From an uncultured Candidatus Saccharibacteria bacterium (GTDB lineage Bacteria; Patescibacteriota; CALEFQ01), in the NCBI GenBank assembly GCA_965230955.1, contig OZ246404.1, forward strand, positions 417,184 to 481,183: a stretch of DNA of 64,000 nt, given 5' to 3'. The notes beneath the pieces are model-generated. The model saw only the letters and a program-made list of their open reading frames with translations. It ran no database searches and was not told the origin of the DNA. Made by a program: the position numbers and the translations under genes. Every line of letters starts with the position of its first letter. The first letter of the stretch is position 1. Positions 57,612 to 64,000 of the stretch are shown here, one piece after another.

Positions 57612-58427
57612 TTATTTTTGGGCCACTAAATTAATGCCTAAAATTGCCCGGCTCAAGAAAGTATGGCGTTTTTCTTTGGTGACGTGACTTAGTTTCTCTT
57701 CGTGGGCCAAGGTCGACTCTAAGGACTTCCGCCAGTACCAGCCTCGACCGCCCCAGTAGGTGGAGCAGGGAGTAAATCCTACTTGCCTGAGCAGATCGGT
57801 CAGTTCGCGATAAGTATATTCGTGCAGATGAAATCCTTTGGCGGTAGCACTGAAATATTTTGAAATATCATGCGGTCCGGAGAGGCGATTGGGAGTAATT
57901 ATGAGATACCGCCCGCCGGTCTTTAACGCCCGGAAAATATTCCCCAGCTGTTTTTTAGCGTCATCGGGATGAAGATGTTCCATGACTTGATTGCTATAAG
58001 CCAGTTCGATGGAATTATCGGGCAGGTCCAGATTGATTCCGTTGGTGATTTTTACCTCCAAATTTTCGGGCAGTTGGCCGGAGGGGATGATCTGACTCGA
58101 AACTTCTTGAGCGATTACTTTTTTCACTAGCGGGGCGACCGCCGAAGATAATCGGCAATCACCGGCACCGATTTCCAGGAAAGTCATTTCCCGGTTCAAA
58201 TATCGGCGCAGTAGTTTTAGCTTCTGGTTTACCCGTTTGGCGGAAAATTCCGGATCATTTTTTTGATCAAGCTGAGGATGATCGGGGACACGTTTAAAAA
58301 GCTCATCGTATAGCTGACCATAAAGAGTGGGTCGCTGATCCGCCGGGGCTTGGCGGAGTCGTTCCGCCAGTTCTTTTTCCACTTCAAAATGGCGTCGTTT
58401 CTGTTCAATTGTGCGGTTGTCATTCAT
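57612..58427 (-). CDS. Class I SAM-dependent methyltransferase
   Basis: FLEIGAG, VMEHL, LKTGG...IITPN, HLHEY. Confidence 0.85.
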   Translation of the reverse strand: MNDNRTIEQKRRHFEVEKELAERLRQAPADQRPTLYGQLYDELFKRVPDHPQLDQKNDPEFSAKRVNQKLKLLRRYLNREMTFLEIGAGDCRLSSAVAPLVKKVIAQEVSSQIIPSGQLPENLEVKITNGINLDLPDNSIELAYSNQVMEHLHPDDAKKQLGNIFRALKTGGRYLIITPNRLSGPHDISKYFSATAKGFHLHEYTYRELTDLLRQVGFTPCSTYWGGRGWYWRKSLESTLAHEEKLSHVTKEKRHTFLSRAILGINLVAQK

Positions 58428-58463
58428 ATCTTATATAAGCCATGTTAGCGCATTATTCCTGAC

Positions 58464-58680
58464 TTGACAAATGAAATGAGATGTGCTAGTGTTGCCTGTC
58501 GATTATGTTTTAACAATTTCGTGATTGACTGCCGAAAAAAGCTTTTCTGTAGCCAATCTCTCGGGAGTCCGTCTCTCCGGAGTTTGCATATATGTAAGCT
58601 CCCGGGGCGGGTGCTCCTGGGAAGACAGTTTGTTTTTTAACAACTGAAACGAGAACTAGAGATGCCGAAAGGCAGGAGGT
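58464..58680 (+). promoter_or_regulatory. Promoter plus ~190-nt structured leader with two boxA-like motifs
   Basis: TTGACA-17-TAGTGT; TGTTTTAACAA (58506-58516); long hairpin 58558-58624; TGTTTTTTAACAA (58631-58643); SD AGGAGG. Confidence 0.55.
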
Positions 58681-58686
58681 GTGGAA

Positions 58687-60201
58687 ATGAAACGGATGTT
58701 GTTGCTTGTAACGCTACTGGCGGTGTTCACCAGTATGTCGTCTGCTTTTGAGCAGAAAGATTTCTTCCGAAACCCGATCGGTCGCGACATTCACTGGACA
58801 GACTTGGCCAATCTCATGAAAATGAGTGAAGCGCAAGTCAAAGACCTGGCTCCGGTCAACCGGAAATCAGGGCTTCGCTCGGGTGAATGGATCGCCAACC
58901 ACGACTTGGGCATCGGCCCATACTTCGCTTGGTATTACCATATGGGTGATCAGGCGAAAGTCGGCCTGGAGCAACAGTTGAAAGGGTTGCCAAAAGAAAT
59001 TCGAACAACGGTACAAACCTTGATCGAGAAAAAGGTGGAACCGAAAAAATCGACCCTAAAATGGGGCGATCATCTCCTGTGGATGGCTTTTCAAAAAGGC
59101 CGTAAGCCATTTTTCGTCGAAGATGTGGTGTGTCTGTTCCAAAACCCCGCGACCGGCAAGATGATTGCTGAGATTCCGGTCTATATCTGGGAAGGAACTG
59201 GGATCGGTTATGCGCAAGGATGTTTCAATATCTTTGCTCTGCCTGATATCCCAAAATCGCTGGCCACACCTGAAGCGGAAATGGCCATACCGACTCCTGA
59301 ACCGACCGATACACCTCAACCAGAACCGACCAAGGCTCCAATCAAAGCTGACGAGCCGTCTGTAAACCCCCTGTGGGGTCAAGGCGTGCTCTGGCTCGTG
59401 CCGGAGTATGTTTCAGCTGAATCCCTTGATCAGTTCAATTTTTACGGCGGCCTCGAATGGCGTCGAAAGTTGAGTAACAGTCTTCAGTGGACTGTTAGAG
59501 GCGAAGTCGGACCTGGCTGGAATTTTCCAGAAGAAGGTCCGGAAACAATGGCCCAAACTTCTTCACTGAGAACCGGCCTGCGTTTTCGCTTGATCGACAA
59601 AGCCCCAGCCGGCCTCGACATCGAGGTTGGCGCGCTGGGATGGTTTCATTCGGAACATTATTCTATGTTCCGGTGGGACAATGGTCCGAGCTATCTCGAA
59701 GGCGACCCCACGGAAATTTCCGGAGGCGGATACGCCAGATTGCTCGGAAAGAGTAAGAACGAGACCTATTACGAATTCGAGTATCGAAATGCCGGAAAAG
59801 AAAGCTCTATTTCCGGAAATCTCTCGACCGAACCGAAAAGGTTTTATGGCGAGATCGGCGGGAGTGTGTCCGACTATTCCGAGCTCGATGATGACGGGAT
59901 TGTTTACCGTCAAGAAGGTACGTTTACCGAATACCACGCGAAGGCGGGGTACAAGGTAGCAGTGAAACGGCCGTTCATCATCGCCGCCACGTACCAAACA
60001 TGGAAATACAGCTCCGATGTTTGGGAAATTGACTGGTCCGGCCCCGGGCTGTATATTGAAAGCCGCTTTGACCCAAAAGGTCATTGGCGGGCAAAAGTTC
60101 ATGCCATATATTTCAACGACCGGAAGGACGGACCTCCGGACGAACCGAAAAACGAAAAACACGAGATCCGAGTCCAGGCTGGACTGACGTACTCGTGGTA
60201 A
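58687..60201 (+). CDS. Exported protein with Pro/Thr linker and beta-barrel-like C-terminal domain
   Basis: Signal peptide; PTPEPTDTPQPEPT; amphipathic strands; ends VQAGLTYSW. Confidence 0.7.
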   Translation: MKRMLLLVTLLAVFTSMSSAFEQKDFFRNPIGRDIHWTDLANLMKMSEAQVKDLAPVNRKSGLRSGEWIANHDLGIGPYFAWYYHMGDQAKVGLEQQLKGLPKEIRTTVQTLIEKKVEPKKSTLKWGDHLLWMAFQKGRKPFFVEDVVCLFQNPATGKMIAEIPVYIWEGTGIGYAQGCFNIFALPDIPKSLATPEAEMAIPTPEPTDTPQPEPTKAPIKADEPSVNPLWGQGVLWLVPEYVSAESLDQFNFYGGLEWRRKLSNSLQWTVRGEVGPGWNFPEEGPETMAQTSSLRTGLRFRLIDKAPAGLDIEVGALGWFHSEHYSMFRWDNGPSYLEGDPTEISGGGYARLLGKSKNETYYEFEYRNAGKESSISGNLSTEPKRFYGEIGGSVSDYSELDDDGIVYRQEGTFTEYHAKAGYKVAVKRPFIIAATYQTWKYSSDVWEIDWSGPGLYIESRFDPKGHWRAKVHAIYFNDRKDGPPDEPKNEKHEIRVQAGLTYSW

Positions 60202-60225
60202 CCTCTTAGAAAGGGAGGGTGTGCG

Positions 60226-60699
60226 ATGAAACACTTTGCAATTTTAATGGTTCTGGCTCTGGTGGCCCCCTTCGCGTTTTCGGCCGATGCTGAAGTTCCG
60301 GCGCCGAGCAACTTCGAGAACACTACTCCGATCGGCTACCTTTATATGCCGGTTGATCGGGAGGCTGCTCTCACAGTTGAAAAAGATTTGCCAAGTATGG
60401 CTTATCGAGCCGACTTCGCAAATTTGCCGGAGAAGACCGCTGTTGCATCCTGGGGTGAACCGGTAGTCGTCTACCAGGAAGCCGGAGTCCCTCATGTTTT
60501 ACTCCAGGTTTCCGGAGGTGAGTTTCCGGAAGGCACGGAAATGTATCTGGCGGGGATCTACGGTTGGCCCGAGACGAGTGACTACGTGATGTTTCCCAAA
60601 GCTGTCGTCAAAGACGGCAAAGTGGACTTCACTGTGGTCGACCAGAAAGGGAAACCTTTCAACCGAGCTTCGAAGTTCGCCGCCTTCAAGCTCCGCTAG
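60226..60699 (+). CDS. Hypothetical secreted protein
   Basis: SD AGGGAGG; signal peptide ending AFSA; same operon as the barrel-like gene. Confidence 0.7.
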   Translation: MKHFAILMVLALVAPFAFSADAEVPAPSNFENTTPIGYLYMPVDREAALTVEKDLPSMAYRADFANLPEKTAVASWGEPVVVYQEAGVPHVLLQVSGGEFPEGTEMYLAGIYGWPETSDYVMFPKAVVKDGKVDFTVVDQKGKPFNRASKFAAFKLR

Positions 60700-60715
60700 A
60701 GAACATCGGCGCAAC

Positions 60716-60766
60716 GACCGGACTTAATCAAGACGCAAGTCAAGATTGAGTCCGGTCTCTTTTTTT
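60716..60766 (+). terminator. Intrinsic terminator
   Basis: gaccggacttaatc ... gattgagtccggtc followed by tc and T-tract. Confidence 0.75.
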
Positions 60767-60798
60767 ACTCTAAATCTATGATTCAATTGGCGAGGGCA

Positions 60799-61200
60799 TT
60801 AATGCCCTCGCCAATTGCGATGATGGATTTTTTGTATTTTTATATACTGCATCACGCGTCCCACTTGGTCAGGCGATACACTAATTACTGTATAACTCTC
60901 TTGCCAATAATTCCGGCTGGCCATGGTATTAATACCATGGCCAGCACTAGCTAGTTTTCGCGCTGATCTCCCTTTGGCTAAATGCATAAAGCTGGCCACG
61001 CTAGTTATGGGTCGAAGCCTAACTAAAATATGGATATGATCCCAGGCAGAATTTAAACAAATCAGTTTTCCCTTTAATTCACCGGCTAATTTGCTGATTA
61101 TTTCTCTGATTGTGTTTTCGGCCGAGTAACTAATGACTGGTTTGCGATACTTTGTGGTCCAGAAAATATGATAGTAAATTTGACTAAATGACCGTGGCAT
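60799..61200 (-). mobile_element. tnpA: IS200/IS605-family Y1 (HUH) transposase TnpA with flanking hairpins
   Basis: YYHIFWTTKYR, DHIHIL (HUH), KGRS, WQESY, YIxxQ; 34-bp perfect palindrome at 60784-60817; hairpin at about 61204-61227. Confidence 0.85.
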
Positions 61201-61248
61201 AAAAAAACCTCCTTCGTGGAGGGTTTTAACGGTAGTAAAAATTAATAG

Positions 61249-62793
61249 TTATCTCTTTTTTGCAGGGTCATTAATACTCTCGCCATTATGGCGCATTGTT
61301 TGTTTTGGCGCAACGGATTGTGCCAACACCACCGCCACCGCACTCCACATCGCCCACTGCAGGGCGGTCATGCGCAAAATATTATCCCCAAAACTCATGG
61401 CAAAAATAGCAATCAGGGTCGCGGCTAGGATTATGGCCGCTTTTTTATTTTCATTAGCGCTATCGCGGGCTGTCCGGATCACTCGGGTGACGGTGCTGAT
61501 GATCAAGAATAGATAAGCGGCCAAACCGGAGAGGCCGGTTTCGATCAGCAACATCACATAATCATTGTGAGCTTCCAGCGGTTGCTCCAAATATCCATGG
61601 ACGACCAGGCTGGTGGGCACATACATGCCGAGGCCGTGTCCGAGCAGGGGCTTGGCGGGGAATGCTTGAATCAATAAATCGCTCCACATCTGGATCCGCC
61701 AGGATACCGATGTGACTTGGCCATTGCCGGAATCAAACACAGAGATAAATCGCTGGTAAAGTTCCGTCCGGGTAATATTGAATTCCGAAATGCGCGTGGT
61801 CTGACTGCTAAACAGGATGAACAGTCCCAGGACCAGCGCGACAATTACTAAAAAAATAACAAATTTACGTTTCCATTTCATGATTCCTAGTACCAGCACA
61901 ACTACACCCAGTGCCAGCCAGGCGCCGCGCGTGTAAGTAAAATAGAGCAAGGTCAGAGCCGGTACGACCAAGCAAATCAACCAAAGTTTACTGACTTTCA
62001 ACCCGGCAAGATCTAAAAAATTGCCAGGTTTCCGCGTCTCGGGAAATTTGATGGAATTCGGGGTGTAAACTCGCGCGGAAGGAATCGGGGCCTTTACTGC
62101 TTGGCTTTTGGGCCAAGCCAAAATAAATACCAAAGCGAGAACGAGCACCAAATAAAAAGCCAAGGAATTGGGATGGGCAAATGTCCCCGGGATCCGATTC
62201 AGATCGGTGGAAATTTCATAGACGCCTTGGCCGTTCATGATCTGGCTAAAGCCGACTGCGAGGGGGATGACGGCGGAAACTAAAATGGCCGTGAAAATAA
62301 TCCGGCCGTTTTTAGTCTTGCTTGTCAGGTCAAAGGCCACAAGGAAGATCGCAAAAATCGAAAGCAGTCGGATCCACTCGGTCAGTGATGCGAAGCGGTC
62401 GTCTGAAACAATGATGGAGACAGCAGTCACCCCCAGAAAAATCAACCAAGGCCAGAGCAAGGGAATTTTACCGAACGATGTTTTGTTTTTCAGTAAATAA
62501 TAAACACTCCAAGCAATAACCAGTATCGCCAAAATAGCAGCCAGGTTGATAGTCAGGTCGCGGCTGATCGTGATGGCCAGGTTTTGTCCTAATATATCGA
62601 GCGAGGGGCGAATGATCAGCAAGATGATCAAGCCCCAGATGGGGCGGAGGAACATGATCGGCAATAGGATACATAAAAACCCCAGAGCGATATAGACCGA
62701 AAGCTCCAGGTTGAGCGCGGCAATTAGGCCGATGATGGCGCCGAGCCCGATAAGAATGATCCAGGATAGAGGTTTTTTGATACTGACTGTCAT
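61249..62793 (-). CDS. O-antigen ligase/polymerase (Wzy_C) family protein
   Basis: Multi-TM; GTFAHPN, TYTRGAW, PLLGHGLG, AHNDY...E.G. Confidence 0.9.
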   Translation of the reverse strand: MTVSIKKPLSWIILIGLGAIIGLIAALNLELSVYIALGFLCILLPIMFLRPIWGLIILLIIRPSLDILGQNLAITISRDLTINLAAILAILVIAWSVYYLLKNKTSFGKIPLLWPWLIFLGVTAVSIIVSDDRFASLTEWIRLLSIFAIFLVAFDLTSKTKNGRIIFTAILVSAVIPLAVGFSQIMNGQGVYEISTDLNRIPGTFAHPNSLAFYLVLVLALVFILAWPKSQAVKAPIPSARVYTPNSIKFPETRKPGNFLDLAGLKVSKLWLICLVVPALTLLYFTYTRGAWLALGVVVLVLGIMKWKRKFVIFLVIVALVLGLFILFSSQTTRISEFNITRTELYQRFISVFDSGNGQVTSVSWRIQMWSDLLIQAFPAKPLLGHGLGMYVPTSLVVHGYLEQPLEAHNDYVMLLIETGLSGLAAYLFLIISTVTRVIRTARDSANENKKAAIILAATLIAIFAMSFGDNILRMTALQWAMWSAVAVVLAQSVAPKQTMRHNGESINDPAKKR

Positions 62794-62865
62794 ATTTGCT
62801 TAGACGAATTGACAAAAACATTATATCATATCCAGCATAGGACTTGATACCGTTTCTCGATAATG

Positions 62866-62936
62866 GCTTAGCCGTAATTTATTTTCGAACCGTTCCCGAA
62901 GGGGTTCCCAGGTGAGAAAATAAATTACGGCTAAGC
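62866..62936. repeat. 71-bp element with perfect 21-bp terminal inverted repeats (MITE-like)
   Basis: gcttagccgtaatttattttc (62866-62886) / gaaaataaattacggctaagc (62916-62936). Confidence 0.75.
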
Positions 62937-62950
62937 AAGGCAAGTAATTG

Positions 62951-63844
62951 ATGAAAATAAGCGTAATTATTCCGACTAAAGATCGCCCTAAAGAGCTGGA
63001 GCGGACGCTCTACTCGATTCTGTCGCAAACTCGCCTTCCGGACGAGTTAATTATTATTGATGACGGGAAACTTGATCAGGCTTTTCTGGGCAAGATATTA
63101 GCTAATAAGATTGTCTATAAGTATTTTCGCAAAAGCGAGCCGGGACTGGTCAGGTCGCGTTTAAAAGGGTTGGAATTGGCGACGGGTGAAATAATTTCGT
63201 TCTTGGACGATGACGTAAAATTGGATTTTCGTTATTTCTCCGAAATTGAAAAAACTTTTGTTCAGGACACTGCTGGAAAAATCAAGGCGGTGGGAGGATT
63301 TGTCGTGCTTGATGATAATCAAAAACTTCGCCGGGCCAAACAAGCGTTGGAGCGTTTTTTTCTACAGCGCGGGCCCGAGGGATCGGTCCTGCCGACGACG
63401 GCCAATACCTTCGTCGAAGGTCGGCCGATCAATGACTTGTCGGTCGATTGGCTGCCCGGGTGTAATATGAATTTTCGCCGAGAAATTTTCGCCAAAGAAA
63501 GTTTCGATACTTTTTTTACCGAATACGGTCTGGGGGAAGACCTGGAGTTCACATATCGTTTAAAGACGAAGGGGTATATGCTGGTGATTACGCCTCGGGC
63601 GACGCTCAAACATTATTTTTCTCCGGTCGGCCGGCTACAGCAAAAAAAACTGGGATATATGATTACGCGCAATCACCGTTATATTTTCAAAAAACTGATA
63701 CCTCAAAGTTTCGAAACTAAAACTAAATTCGGTTGGTATTTGTTTGGTTGGCTGGTGATAGAGTGTTTGAACAAATTAACAGATCCGGCAGTCAATCGCG
63801 GGGGCAGGATTTACGGCTTGTGGCGGGGAATATTCTCTGAATGA
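62951..63844 (+). CDS. Glycosyltransferase family 2
   Basis: ISVIIPT, IIIDDG, FLDDD, GCNM, GEDLE. Confidence 0.9.
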   Translation: MKISVIIPTKDRPKELERTLYSILSQTRLPDELIIIDDGKLDQAFLGKILANKIVYKYFRKSEPGLVRSRLKGLELATGEIISFLDDDVKLDFRYFSEIEKTFVQDTAGKIKAVGGFVVLDDNQKLRRAKQALERFFLQRGPEGSVLPTTANTFVEGRPINDLSVDWLPGCNMNFRREIFAKESFDTFFTEYGLGEDLEFTYRLKTKGYMLVITPRATLKHYFSPVGRLQQKKLGYMITRNHRYIFKKLIPQSFETKTKFGWYLFGWLVIECLNKLTDPAVNRGGRIYGLWRGIFSE

Positions 63845-63940
63845 TCGTTTCATCGATTTAGGGGCGGCCACGGCCGCCCTTTTTTGAGCAAATAAATAAG
63901 CCCTCACTACGATGTAGCGAGGGCTTTGTCTTGCCGGTTG

Positions 63941-64000
63941 TTACGGTCGGTAGTTGTACAGGACAACTCCTTGTCGCGCGGGTAGGATGATTTGTTTGGC
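63941..64000 (-). CDS. 3' end of an unidentified gene entering from the right edge
   Basis: Reverse frame reads AKQIILPARQGVVLYNYRP*; followed by a hairpin at 63898-63926. Confidence 0.4.
   Translation of the reverse strand, partial: AKQIILPARQGVVLYNYRP

Overview
A 64-kb chromosomal segment, inferred to come from a Candidate Phyla Radiation (Patescibacteria) bacterium. The basis is two mreB paralogs, mostly SD-less genes, CPR-type conserved hypotheticals and an orphan T4SS coupling-type ATPase, all read in genetic code 11. Most of the window is housekeeping: mreB, holB, frr, rseP, proS, mreBCD-mrdA, purB, greA, lysS, serS, cmk, gdhA, ftsQ-like, sbp, rplU, recR, dnaB, dusB, cysS, dnaX, tRNA-Gln, mutM, dfx and iscU, plus envelope and glycan genes and a Y1 transposase. 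The unusual signal is mostly non-coding. (1) A ~435-nt, heavily base-paired unit at 2355-2790 has its own sigma70 promoter and terminator and no credible ORF, so it is a candidate novel large ncRNA. (2) A second, degenerate tRNA-Gln copy at 40606-40782 is interrupted by three precise hairpin+CARG inserts, one of them nested. (3) About a dozen intergenic spacers are built from tandem ~7-mer arrays, mostly as inverted pairs. Protein-level oddities are a beta-barrel-like protein in a presumed monoderm, an unannotated 44-aa 11-Cys metallothionein-like ORF, an HtrA with Thr at the catalytic Ser, and a Tat-motif lytic transglycosylase. No CRISPR array, rRNA, reverse transcriptase or prophage was seen. 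All calls are by eye; no database search was run.
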